Of a DNA stretch of 64,000 nt, positions 7,829 to 17,373 are shown in pieces. A model generated the notes under the pieces. It made no database searches and was not told the DNA's origin. It saw only the letters and a list, made by a program, of their open reading frames with translations. Source of the stretch: an uncultured Acidobacteriaceae bacterium (GTDB lineage Bacteria > Acidobacteriota > Terriglobia > Terriglobales > Acidobacteriaceae); NCBI GenBank assembly GCA_963708575.1, contig CAVPTB010000003.1, positions 44,379 to 108,378 on the forward strand, read 5' to 3'. Position 1 is the stretch's first letter. Each line of letters opens with the position of its first letter. The position numbers were made by a program, and so were the translations under genes.

Positions 7829-8953
7829 TTACTTGGTGTTGAGCATGATGGCGACTTTGCCCTTGTCCCAGATAGGGATGGCTAGGTCGGGGGCGCCGTC
7901 GTGGTTGAAGTCGCCGGAGGCAATCGACATCCCACCCGTAAAGTCGATGGTTTCATTGAACGGATGCGCGGGGCCGAATCCTCCCTTGCCATCGCCATAG
8001 AAGAGATACGAATCGTCTGTGTTTGGCACACAAGCAACGTCCAGTTTGTTATCTAGGTTAAAGTCTGCCACTACGCAAGCCTCCGGCGCATAGCAATTGT
8101 TGCATTCGGGAAAATGGAAGTTTGGTTTTCCGAATGTGCCATCGCCATTGTTCAAGAGCACGACCATGGCCTGAGACGAATCGGCAAGTACTAAGTCCTG
8201 TTTGCCGTTATTTCGCAGATCTGCGACTTCAACATCAGATATCCCGCCCCCGCCGGCGTCGTAGTTTATCGGGGTATTGAACTTCCCGCTGCCATCGTTC
8301 AACAATATGGAAACATATCCGCTGATGTTAGTCACCGCCAGATCGGGGTGTTTATCTCCATTTAGATCGGCAGCCGCCACTGCCCAAGGCGTTCGTCCCA
8401 GCTTGTACTTCACAGGTTTCTGTTTGAGTTTGCCAGTTCCCGTACCCATGAAAACCGTCACATAACCGCCATTGGCGGCTATCGCCAGATCTACATTGCC
8501 GTCCCCATTGAAGTCTGCGGTTGCTACCCCGGTAGGTTCAACTCCGGCTTTGTAGGATGCCGATTGTTTAAACTTTCCCGTCCCGTCCCCCAAAAAGATA
8601 GCAACGGTGCCCTCCCCGCTGCCAGTGTACTCAACCACCGCTAAGTCCTGATTGCCATCGCCATTGAAGTCAGCGACCGCTAAAGCAAGCGGACTTTGGA
8701 CTGGAAAGTGGATAGGTTTTTGAAAAGTTCCGTCGCCATTCCCCAAGAGGATTCTGACATCATTTCCAGCAAAACCGGCAATCGCAATATCAAGGTTGCC
8801 ACTTGGGGTAAAGCTATCGACAACTATGCCATATAGCAGATCGCGGGAGTTCACAGCGTAGTAAGCCGGCCGCCGGAACTGTCCAGCAGAGGCCAAGGTT
8901 GATGCAAAGATTACAGCCAAAACCGTTCTCAACACCGAATTCACGCGTGCCAT
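7829..8953 (-). CDS. Secreted FG-GAP/VCBS repeat protein (tandem paralog B)
   Basis: Signal peptide MARVNSVLRTVLAVIFASTLASAGQ and repeated ADFNGDGNxDLAV / DLNGDKHPDLAV FG-GAP motifs. About 90 percent identical by eye to the upstream gene. Confidence 0.85.
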   Translation of the reverse strand: MARVNSVLRTVLAVIFASTLASAGQFRRPAYYAVNSRDLLYGIVVDSFTPSGNLDIAIAGFAGNDVRILLGNGDGTFQKPIHFPVQSPLALAVADFNGDGNQDLAVVEYTGSGEGTVAIFLGDGTGKFKQSASYKAGVEPTGVATADFNGDGNVDLAIAANGGYVTVFMGTGTGKLKQKPVKYKLGRTPWAVAAADLNGDKHPDLAVTNISGYVSILLNDGSGKFNTPINYDAGGGGISDVEVADLRNNGKQDLVLADSSQAMVVLLNNGDGTFGKPNFHFPECNNCYAPEACVVADFNLDNKLDVACVPNTDDSYLFYGDGKGGFGPAHPFNETIDFTGGMSIASGDFNHDGAPDLAIPIWDKGKVAIMLNTK

Positions 8954-8967
8954 TTCGATCATTCTAA

Positions 8968-10092
8968 CTATTTCGCGTTGATCATGACGGCGACCTTGCC
9001 TTTGTCCCAGATGGGAATCGCCAAGTCGGGGGCTTCATCGTGGTTGAAGTCGCCCACAGCAATCGACATCCCTCCATGGAAATCTATAGTCTCATTGAAG
9101 GGATGCGCCGGGCCGAATCCTCCCTTGCCATCGCCATAAAAGAAATAAGAATCATCTATGTTTGCCACGCAAGCAACATCAAGTTTGCCATCTAAATTAA
9201 AGTCCGCTACCAAGCAAGCCTCTGGCCCTACACAATTCTTGCACTTGGGGAAATGAAACTGGGGTTTGCCAAAGGTGCCGTCTCCATTGTTCAAGAGCAC
9301 GACCATGGCCTGAGAAGTGTCGGCGAGCACTAGGTCCTGCTTGCCGTTGTCACGCAGATCTGCAACTTTGACGTCAGAAGTCGCCCCCCCTCCTGCATCG
9401 TAATTTACTGGAGTAGCGAACTTCCCGCTGCCATCGTTCAACAATATGGAAACATATCCGCTGATGTTAGTCACCGCCAGATCGGGGTGTTTATCTCCAT
9501 TTAGATCGGCAGCCGCCACTGCCCAAGGCGTTCGTCCCAGCTTGTACTTCACAGGTTTCTGTTTGAGTTTGCCAGTTCCCGTACCCATGAAAACCGTCAC
9601 ATAGCCGCCATTGGCGGCGATCGCCAAATCTACGTTGCCGTCCCCATTGAAGTCTGCGGTTGCTACCCCTGTAGGCTCTACTCCGGCGTTGTAGGAAGCC
9701 GATTGCTTGAATTTTCCCGTCCCATCCCCCAAGAAGATGGCGATGTTGCCTTGACCGCTGCCGGTGTACTCAACCACTGCTAAATCCTGATTGCCGTCGC
9801 CGTTAAAGTCAGCGACCGCTAAAGCAAGCGGACTTTGGACTGGAAAGTGTATAGGTTTTTGAAAAGTTCCGTCGCCATTCCCCAAGAGGATTCTGACATC
9901 ATTTCCAGCAAAACCGGCAATCGCAATATCAAGGTTGCCACTTGGGGTAAAGCTATCGACAACTATGCCATATAGCAGATCGCGGGAGTTCACAGCGTAG
10001 TAAGCCGGCCGCCGGAACTGTCCGGCAGAGGCCAAACTGGAAGCAAAAACTACAGCCAAAACCACCATTAAGACCGAATTCACGCGTGCCAT
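8968..10092 (-). CDS. Secreted FG-GAP/VCBS repeat protein (tandem paralog A)
   Basis: Same architecture. ATG at 10092 is preceded by a GGGGTGA SD. The nominal ORF extends to 10131. Confidence 0.85.
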   Translation of the reverse strand: MARVNSVLMVVLAVVFASSLASAGQFRRPAYYAVNSRDLLYGIVVDSFTPSGNLDIAIAGFAGNDVRILLGNGDGTFQKPIHFPVQSPLALAVADFNGDGNQDLAVVEYTGSGQGNIAIFLGDGTGKFKQSASYNAGVEPTGVATADFNGDGNVDLAIAANGGYVTVFMGTGTGKLKQKPVKYKLGRTPWAVAAADLNGDKHPDLAVTNISGYVSILLNDGSGKFATPVNYDAGGGATSDVKVADLRDNGKQDLVLADTSQAMVVLLNNGDGTFGKPQFHFPKCKNCVGPEACLVADFNLDGKLDVACVANIDDSYFFYGDGKGGFGPAHPFNETIDFHGGMSIAVGDFNHDEAPDLAIPIWDKGKVAVMINAK

Positions 10093-10336
10093 ACTGATCA
10101 CCCCAAAATACTGACGATAGTCTCCGGCCACTGCGGACGGCTGTCAAGGTGAAAGATTTTGCAAGACCTTAAAGGCTTCTTACTTAGACAGGAACCAAGA
10201 CTGTAATTCCAATTTCGTAACAAGACTCATTTTCACGTAGGCATCATGATCCATTTTGATAGCTTGGCCTCAGTCGCAAGCTGAATTAGCGACTCTCCGT
10301 TTGCCGCCAAACTGTTCACTCTAAAAATTGGAGACA

Positions 10337-12286
10337 ATGATGATTGTTAACTCTGGTCGTTGCAAAGAATATTGCCGATTCTTCAAAGTTCTCGCCCTCA
10401 GCCTCCTCGTCGCGCTCGCCGCTACGTCCCAAGCTCAATTAAGAACCCTAGGGCAGCCAGGGATCGGCACCGGCTCTGCTCTTACAACCACCCCGATGTG
10501 GCTTGACGCAACTTTGTTTCCTGGGAACGACATGTGTGCAAAGATTGCGACAGCATGCGGCTCAACAAGCACAATTCCCTTCGGAACAACCATCGACGCG
10601 CGAGGTTTCAGCGGAAATCAAGTTTGTCAAATTGCGAACGTCACCAAGATGCTCAACGATTGTGGAACCAACGGCGGTAAGCTCTTGCTTGGAATGGTTA
10701 ACGTCTACGCCGATGGGCCGGGTGTGAACGGGAATTACGCCGACGGACACGGTTCTGGCATCGGAACTCCGGCCTTCATCATTCCCAATAACTTTTGGGG
10801 AATTGAAGGAGTGAGTCGAGGTGCTGGCAGTGCCGGAATAGGTACATGGCTGTCCATCTGCACTGGTGGTCAAACTCCTGTCGGTACTGCCACAGGAAGT
10901 TTGCCTCCCGGACCTGGCTCGCCGTCATGCTCCGCATCCTTTCCGGTGCGGTCATTTGTCGTCAATTCTGCCGCGGTATCTGGCAACACGATGACAATCA
11001 ACGTTTCCCCCGGCGCAAATTTCGGAACGAACCTTTACACGGGCGAACTAGTCATGATCAAGAACAATACGATAGCGCCTGCGGAAAATGGCACGTATCG
11101 AGTTCAGAACACAAGTGGGCCGCTGATCCAGGTGACCGTCCCCCTCGGTACCCCATCCTGCACCCCAGTTATCGGCAACTGCGGGGCGATGTACGCTGGT
11201 ACGCCGATTCTGGGATTTGCCCCACGGGGGTCGAATGCCTATAACACGACCACCTGCGATGAGAATTCGAACCCCTGCTCCTCCTTCGGAATGCACATCA
11301 AAAATCTGGGCTTCAACTGCCAAGGCGCGGGGACCCAGCCGAGCGGCGACATTGAAGGATGTATGGGATGGCAAAACCTCTACGCGCAAGAGGAATCGGG
11401 AGCAGATACGTTTGAGATTACAAACTATAACTTTGTAGGATTCGACTCGCACGGCAATTTGGCGCAAAACTTCGGCCCTATCACTAACGCCGAGATCCTA
11501 ACGGGAAACGGAAACTCGAACTGCGACTTCGGCACCACTGGCGCTTATATTGACGGAATTGCGATGCGCGGGTTTGACGGCTGGACAATCAATACGCCCA
11601 CCGAGACCAACGTTCCTAGCTCGATAAATTGCGGCCACACCCCGCGTGCCGCGCTGATGCTGGACGCCGAAAATACCGAAACCAGCCAGGGACATTGCGA
11701 GAATTTTTCCGACTGCGTGCTGGTGGGAGCGAACAATCCTCACGCTTCGGGAATACACGTTACTGGAATCTCTGAGGCGAAACCGGCTAACCCTGGCTAC
11801 GACGTGGAAATCAGCGCCAATAATCCCGGACTCTCGGATTTTGTTTTGGAGAATATCCAGACCTACCGTACGGTCAGCACACCTGCGGTAAGAGACGACA
11901 TCAATAACATCACGTTACACAACCAATTCGTGGCACTCTATTCGTGGGCCAACAACGCGGGGAATGGAGCGATGAATCTGGTGACGACGGACAACGAAAT
12001 CCGCAATCAGTTCGGGAGTGGAATTCAAACCGCCAACGTGAAAACCGGTGTCACGACAAACACCGACCTGGCGGGACAGTGCACTCTTGGGTCTACCAGC
12101 TGCGGCGGTGGCGGGGGAGCCAACCAATACAATTTCAGTACAACCTATTCCACACCCCCGATCTGTACCTGCTCGGATACTTCAACCTCTCCGGTGCTGT
12201 GCGGGTTAAGCGTAACCACAACAGGAATCACCTTTAGCGGAACCAGCGCCCACAAGATGGACTATGTCTGCGTGGTTAGACAATAA
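10337..12286 (+). CDS. Secreted hypothetical protein (Cys-, Gly- and Thr-rich; possible beta-helix fold)
   Basis: Signal peptide FFKVLALSLLVALAATSQAQ. No family recognised. GGAG upstream of the ATG pair at 10337/10340. Confidence 0.65.
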   Translation: MMIVNSGRCKEYCRFFKVLALSLLVALAATSQAQLRTLGQPGIGTGSALTTTPMWLDATLFPGNDMCAKIATACGSTSTIPFGTTIDARGFSGNQVCQIANVTKMLNDCGTNGGKLLLGMVNVYADGPGVNGNYADGHGSGIGTPAFIIPNNFWGIEGVSRGAGSAGIGTWLSICTGGQTPVGTATGSLPPGPGSPSCSASFPVRSFVVNSAAVSGNTMTINVSPGANFGTNLYTGELVMIKNNTIAPAENGTYRVQNTSGPLIQVTVPLGTPSCTPVIGNCGAMYAGTPILGFAPRGSNAYNTTTCDENSNPCSSFGMHIKNLGFNCQGAGTQPSGDIEGCMGWQNLYAQEESGADTFEITNYNFVGFDSHGNLAQNFGPITNAEILTGNGNSNCDFGTTGAYIDGIAMRGFDGWTINTPTETNVPSSINCGHTPRAALMLDAENTETSQGHCENFSDCVLVGANNPHASGIHVTGISEAKPANPGYDVEISANNPGLSDFVLENIQTYRTVSTPAVRDDINNITLHNQFVALYSWANNAGNGAMNLVTTDNEIRNQFGSGIQTANVKTGVTTNTDLAGQCTLGSTSCGGGGGANQYNFSTTYSTPPICTCSDTSTSPVLCGLSVTTTGITFSGTSAHKMDYVCVVRQ

Positions 12287-12520
12287 CCTCTTTAATGGTC
12301 CTTGCCATCGCTCAGTCCGCCGCCCATGCGGCGGCCCGGACGCCCTTAGTATCCGTTCCGCCACGCAAATGGTAAACAAGCCAAATATTCCCTGCAAACT
12401 GACTGCGGTCTTGAAATCTTCTAGTCCCGCCTATCAGCCTTTATATATCACGCGGAAGTGACATTGCTTTCCCATGAGAACACGTACGGGTCACAAATCG
12501 TGCCTAAGCCCCCGTGAAAG

Positions 12521-13717
12521 TCACCGGGTGTATTGGTTCTTCTTTTTGTCCTGGTGGCGTTCGAGGCCCAAGGCGATTAACTTCTCGATCAGCGCGGGAT
12601 ACGACAGGCCGGTGGCGGCCCAGAGTTTGGGATACATGCTGATGGCGGTGAAGCCTGGCATGGTGTTGATCTCGTTCAGGTAGATTTTGCGGGTCTTTGG
12701 ATCCATCAGGAAATCGACACGAGCGAGGCCGGAGCAGTCAACCGCTTTGAAGGCTCCTATCGCCAGCTGCCGAACTTGTTTGGTTTCGGACTTGGTCAGC
12801 TTGGCGGGGATCACCAACTGCGAACCTTCGTCGAGATACTTGGCGTCGTAGTCGTAGAACTCTTTGCTGGGAACGATTTCACCGGGAACCGAAGCGGCGG
12901 GACGGTCGTTGCCGAGAACGGAACATTCGATCTCGCGGGCTTTTTGTTTGTTGCCGCCGACGCCTTGCTCGATGACGATCTTGCGATCGAACTTGGCCGC
13001 TTCGGCGATGGCGGGACCGAGTTCCTTGCGATCGTGGGCTTTGGAAATGCCGACCGACGAGCCGAGGTTGGCAGGCTTCACGAATACCGGATACTTCACC
13101 TTGCTCTCGATCAGTTTCTGCGTCTTCCTGGGCTCGGACTCCCAGTCGCTGCGGAGTATGGTGGCATGCTTCACGATAGGCAAGCCGGCGGCGCGGAAGA
13201 GGGACTTCATGACGTCTTTGTCCATGCCGGCGGCTGAGCCGAGCACGCCTGCCCCGACATAAGGAAGATCAGCGAGTTCGAGCAGTCCCTGAATAGTACC
13301 GTCTTCGCCGAAGGTACCGTGCAGGACGGGGAAGACGATATCGACGTTGATGGCGCGATCGGCGGCGCGGCGAGTCAGGCTCTGCGAAGTTGCGTCGGTT
13401 TGGAATGGGGCGAGTCCGGCGGAATGAGGTTGCGGCGGAACCACGACGGCCTGGCCATTGGCGAGCAAGGCGGCGCCGGGAGTGGTGTCGGGATCGCCAG
13501 CGCGAAGATGGCGCTCTTCCTGATGCGCGAATTCACCTTTCAGCAGGCGCTGGGCATCGGCGGCGGTGACCCATTGGCCCTGCTTGGTGATGCCGATAGG
13601 CACGACTTCGTATTTGTTCTTGTCGATGGCGTTGAAGACCGAGGCGGCGGAAAGGAGGGAGACTTCGTGCTCTCCGCTACGGCCGCCGAAAAGGATCCCG
13701 ACTCGAAGCTTGTTCAT
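12521..13717 (-). CDS. ddl: D-alanine--D-alanine ligase
   Basis: [24 protein letters not shown]..., [19 protein letters not shown]-grasp motifs, EINTMPGFT. Confidence 0.95.
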   Translation of the reverse strand: MNKLRVGILFGGRSGEHEVSLLSAASVFNAIDKNKYEVVPIGITKQGQWVTAADAQRLLKGEFAHQEERHLRAGDPDTTPGAALLANGQAVVVPPQPHSAGLAPFQTDATSQSLTRRAADRAINVDIVFPVLHGTFGEDGTIQGLLELADLPYVGAGVLGSAAGMDKDVMKSLFRAAGLPIVKHATILRSDWESEPRKTQKLIESKVKYPVFVKPANLGSSVGISKAHDRKELGPAIAEAAKFDRKIVIEQGVGGNKQKAREIECSVLGNDRPAASVPGEIVPSKEFYDYDAKYLDEGSQLVIPAKLTKSETKQVRQLAIGAFKAVDCSGLARVDFLMDPKTRKIYLNEINTMPGFTAISMYPKLWAATGLSYPALIEKLIALGLERHQDKKKNQYTR

Positions 13718-13813
13718 GGTTGGCAGAACTATTGTTGCACAGGGGTCAGGGCTCGCGCAGGTGGGCGGTTTGATACAGGTGCGGTGCCACGTTTGAAGAA
13801 GCTAGCCGGAAAT

Positions 13814-13848
13814 CCCCACCCTAGCGCAAAGTGTGCGCTGGAGTGGGG
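13814..13848 (-). terminator. GC-rich hairpin downstream of the TIGR03118-like gene (weak U-tract)
   Basis: Plus strand ccccaccctagcgca-aagtg-tgcgctggagtgggg. Imperfect stem and no clear U-run, so only a candidate. Confidence 0.3.
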
Positions 13849-13884
13849 TACCCGGGTGCTCAGTCACCGCTAACTGAGCAATGG

Positions 13885-15456
13885 CTACTGTACGTTGAGC
13901 GTGATGTTGGTGGTGTGAACGTCGGAGCCGGCAGTCGCTGTGACCATGACTGTGGCGGTTCCGCGGGTTGCCGCATTCATGCTGCCTCCGCCGCAACCTA
14001 CCGCGAAGAATGTCACGCATAGCAGTACCAGCAAGCCAGCGCCGTACGTCAGCAGTCGCTTCCCGCGCTTCCGTCTCTTGTCAGAGCCGATCACGACTGT
14101 TCCGAGGAGACCTAATCCAGACATGGCCATCCAGGTCCCAAAGATCGAGCGATATTGGGTTCCGCCCGAGGGTGCAGCGGTCGCGAGAGTCATGGTGGTG
14201 TTGGCGGCCCCGCCACTGGGCGTGACTGTGGACGGATTGAAGCTGCAACTGATTCCGGTCGGAGCCGAGCAGGTGAAGGTTACCGCGCTCGAGAAACCGT
14301 TTTCCGGAGTCACGCTTAGCTGGAACGTGGCGGCCGCACCCGCGGTTACGGTTGCGCTTTGCGGTGAGGCTGCAAAGGTGAAATCGCCTCCGCCGTTGCC
14401 GCCACTCTGACCAGCTTCCAACGTCGCGAACAGACCATGACTTTCACCGGCGATGCCGGCAGTGAAGTACATGGTGCTGGGGTCTCCGGTACCACCCGCG
14501 CCGAAGACCATTGCCCAGAGACCCGAGTTGACGATCACTTTTCCGTTCGGATCCTTCAATTGACCGAGAAATTTTCCGGTCGTGTCGAAGGCGTTGATGG
14601 TGCCGTCGTCAAAATTGCCAACGAGGACGTCGCCGCCGAATGCTCCGAAGCCGGCGGGGGCCATCACGACTCCCCATGGCGAGTTGAGTGTGCCATTCGA
14701 GGCGAAGCGCTTCACGAAGTTTCCGTTGAGATCGAAGATACTGACGAAGCCATTGCCGGCGCCGGCCACGGGATCGTGCTTGGCGGAATCCTGCAGGGCG
14801 TAGGTGACGTAGATTTGATTGCCGATAGGCTGAACGCCAAAGGCGGCGAAGCCCGCGGGCAACGTGGGATCGGTGAACGATCCCTGAAGAGTGGTGAGGG
14901 CAAACTTATCGTCGAACACTTCTACCTGGCCGGTACGAAAGTTTGTGGCCAGGAGAAAATTACTGTTGTTGCTGGTGATCATGGCCAGACCTTTGTACAC
15001 CGCGCCCGCGCCAACCTTCGAGCGATCGACGGCGAGAATCGCGCTGGTGCCGGTGCCATTCCAGCCGGAGATGGTTCCATCTTCGGTGTCGAAGATGAAC
15101 AGGCTCGGGCCGGAGCCGACGACGAAACCGGGCGTACCGTTAATCACGGTGCCGGTGGGCGTTGCGGTTGCATTGCTTCCCTGCGGAGGCGGAATGGTTA
15201 TGGTCGGCTGCTGGCTGTTGCCTTGGGCATCGTACAGCGTGGAGAAGCCGCTGTTGTTATCCGCGATCCAGAAGGGCTGACCGGGGAAGAACGAGATGCC
15301 CCACGGATTCACCAATTTTGGATCGGTATGGGTCGCCATGCCGGAGACGTCAGAGACGAGGTTGGTTTGTTGGTAGGAATTGGTCTGCGCGACCGCATGG
15401 TTCGCCGTGATGGCTGCAATCGCGCTCAGGATCAAAATGGCAAATTTGGTTTTCAC
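13885..15456 (-). CDS. TIGR03118-like secreted beta-propeller protein with C-terminal Ig-like region
   Basis: N-terminus YQQTNLVSDVSGMATHTDPKLVNPWGISFFPGQPFWIADNNSGFSTLYD, as I recall for the TIGR03118 family. GTG at 15456 is preceded by AAGGAG at 7-nt spacing. Signal peptide VKTKFAILILSAIAAITANHAVAQ. Confidence 0.8.
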   Translation of the reverse strand: MKTKFAILILSAIAAITANHAVAQTNSYQQTNLVSDVSGMATHTDPKLVNPWGISFFPGQPFWIADNNSGFSTLYDAQGNSQQPTITIPPPQGSNATATPTGTVINGTPGFVVGSGPSLFIFDTEDGTISGWNGTGTSAILAVDRSKVGAGAVYKGLAMITSNNSNFLLATNFRTGQVEVFDDKFALTTLQGSFTDPTLPAGFAAFGVQPIGNQIYVTYALQDSAKHDPVAGAGNGFVSIFDLNGNFVKRFASNGTLNSPWGVVMAPAGFGAFGGDVLVGNFDDGTINAFDTTGKFLGQLKDPNGKVIVNSGLWAMVFGAGGTGDPSTMYFTAGIAGESHGLFATLEAGQSGGNGGGDFTFAASPQSATVTAGAAATFQLSVTPENGFSSAVTFTCSAPTGISCSFNPSTVTPSGGAANTTMTLATAAPSGGTQYRSIFGTWMAMSGLGLLGTVVIGSDKRRKRGKRLLTYGAGLLVLLCVTFFAVGCGGGSMNAATRGTATVMVTATAGSDVHTTNITLNVQ

Positions 15457-15562
15457 TGCTTCGCTCCTTTGAATTAGCACTGAAGTCAGGTTAAGGAGCG
15501 TGAAACTTTACATTGTCAGGATGGAGTAAAGAGGTCGTCAAAGTCTTTTCAATGCGCGCATG

Positions 15563-15590
15563 AAAAAAGCCGCCCACGGCGATGGGCGGC
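15563..15590 (-). terminator. Intrinsic terminator after the glycoside hydrolase gene
   Basis: Minus-strand GCCGCCCA-UCGCCG-UGGGCGGC followed by UUUUUU. Confidence 0.8.
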
Positions 15591-15612
15591 CCAGTTCGAT
15601 CAAGAAGCACCC

Positions 15613-17127
15613 TCAGTTTTCGACCAGAATCGGGATCAATCCAATTGGAACTTTGCCGCCAGAGATGGTGTGAGTGTTTCCATAAAGGTCGCGATACTGA
15701 GTGGCCCAACCGGGCGCCGAGCGCAGCACCGTGTTGCAAACGCCGCCGGTGTTGTCGCAGCTTTGAGAAACGTCCCACGCGGCCTCGGCCTTGTATCCAG
15801 CAGAGCCGGTGAAGTTGCAGGTCCAGACACCCACCGGGGAAACCAGCGCGGCACAGGGAGCGGTGGGAGTGATTCCGGTGAGCCAATTGGTGAGATACAT
15901 GTAGGCATAGCCCGCCGGAGTGAGGCTGGTGTTCCAGAAGTTGCCGGTACTCGAGAGGCCGCCGCTGACGAAGTCCCAGCCATACCAACTGAATCCCGCC
16001 ATGCTGTTGCACGGAGTAGGTTGGCAAGCAGTGTTGCTGGCTTGAACGAGATAGTAGATGCCGGTGAAGGCGCGCTCCTGTGTATCGGCGGTTTGAGGAG
16101 CGGTTGGATAAGCGATCCAGGTGTTGGGGTCGAAGGTGCATCCGGTCGGCTTGCAGTTGGCTCCCCAACTTCCTTCGGTGTCGTAAATTTGCTTGGTTGT
16201 GTAGGCAGAGACGACGCTTTGAACATTGGCAACGAGCGATGCGACACAGACCGCGCCGGATGCGGGGTCGGGATTGGTCGACTCCGTGCCCTGAGCGGGG
16301 ATCGCGACGTACCCGTGAAAGCCGATGATGTCGGCATACTGGGGAATGATGTTGGTTGAGCCTCCGAGTTTTTGACCCAATAACGTGTTGAGATAGTTTG
16401 CGATTTTCGACGGGCTGGCGATGCAGTCAACCGCCGGGGGCACTGGCTGCGCAGAGGTTGGCGGCGGGCTGATGATGAGCACGCCGGAATCGATCGCCTT
16501 CGCCGTGATATTCGCGTCTTCGGTGAGTCTTGCCAACGCGGCCTGAGTGCAATTGTGTGAGGCATTGCATTCGGTCGAAACATTGGGCTCGTTCCACACT
16601 TCGATGTACTTGATCAACCCCGTACCGAAGGTGGTGACCACGTGGTTCATCAACGTGGAGATGAAGGTTTTCCAAATCGTATCCGTGCCCGTTCCGTCGG
16701 TGTTCACGTCGGTGGGCAGATCACAGCCGCTGGGCTGAGAGGCGAACGCGCACGATGTATCGCCACTCGTTCCGGTGTAGGCGGTAAAACATTCGGGGGT
16801 GTAATACGCCGTGAACATCACGACCTGACCGTTGTTCTTGGCCAAGGTCAGCCACTTGTCCAAATTCGTCCAGGTGTACTGCCCGCTGGTGCAGTTGTAC
16901 ACGTCTGCCCACTTGATCGAACTGCCGAGCGTCCGATAAGTGCCGAATGTAATTCCTGTCACCGTGGAAGGCCATGGATCAGAACTGTTGTTGGCATTGA
17001 TGTCCATCGCGAAGAAACTATTCGTAACGGATGGCGGCTTAATGACGAGATCCTGGCTGAAAGCTGGTACAGCAAGGATTGCGCCTAAGATGAGCCCGAC
17101 GACAACTGCACGGGTCCCGTTTTTCAT
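15613..17127 (-). CDS. Secreted glycoside hydrolase, clan GH-A (TIM barrel; GH5/GH39-like)
   Basis: Signal peptide plus IKYIEVWNEPN (the clan GH-A NEP acid/base motif). AAGGAG SD. Confidence 0.75.
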   Translation of the reverse strand: MKNGTRAVVVGLILGAILAVPAFSQDLVIKPPSVTNSFFAMDINANNSSDPWPSTVTGITFGTYRTLGSSIKWADVYNCTSGQYTWTNLDKWLTLAKNNGQVVMFTAYYTPECFTAYTGTSGDTSCAFASQPSGCDLPTDVNTDGTGTDTIWKTFISTLMNHVVTTFGTGLIKYIEVWNEPNVSTECNASHNCTQAALARLTEDANITAKAIDSGVLIISPPPTSAQPVPPAVDCIASPSKIANYLNTLLGQKLGGSTNIIPQYADIIGFHGYVAIPAQGTESTNPDPASGAVCVASLVANVQSVVSAYTTKQIYDTEGSWGANCKPTGCTFDPNTWIAYPTAPQTADTQERAFTGIYYLVQASNTACQPTPCNSMAGFSWYGWDFVSGGLSSTGNFWNTSLTPAGYAYMYLTNWLTGITPTAPCAALVSPVGVWTCNFTGSAGYKAEAAWDVSQSCDNTGGVCNTVLRSAPGWATQYRDLYGNTHTISGGKVPIGLIPILVEN

Positions 17128-17319
17128 GGTGATTCTCCTTAGATTTTGAGTTGACGATCGTGGGACGAAATCAGTGGGTGCGGAATGCTAGCTCGACCCG
17201 GAGTGTGCAAAAAGAATCGGAAGGGACCATCCGCGAAAAACGGACAGAGTTGATTTCAAAGGGGGAGTTCGGGTGAGGTTCAGATGTGTTTCTGGATTCG
17301 AGAAACGGAGAATCCAAGG

Positions 17320-17354
17320 ACGAGATTAATAAGCGAAATCCGGAACGATTTCGC
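17320..17354 (-). terminator. Hairpin after the arginase gene (candidate terminator)
   Basis: GCGAAAUC-loop-GAUUUCGC followed by UUAUUAAUCU on the minus strand. A second hairpin UGGAUUC/GAAUCCA lies at 17292-17316. Confidence 0.4.
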
Positions 17355-17373
17355 GGGCGACAGCAATCCTGGC

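Larger units (their letters stand above)
7829..10106. repeat. Tandem duplication, about 1139-bp unit x2, containing the two FG-GAP genes
   Basis: Long stretches look identical at nucleotide level, e.g. about 8281-8470 versus 9421-9610 and about 8700-8900 versus 9840-10040. They are interspersed with diverged patches. Confidence 0.85.

Noticed and set aside
14437-15477. Long antisense ORFs opposite real genes: 14437-15477, 17437-18375, 21828-22865, 25748-26854, 58634-59509, 60592-61515, 733-1359
   Set aside because: They are typical stop-poor antisense frames of GC-rich coding DNA. Their products are Gly/Arg/Asp/Val-rich with no recognisable motifs, and each is fully nested in a gene with strong family signatures.
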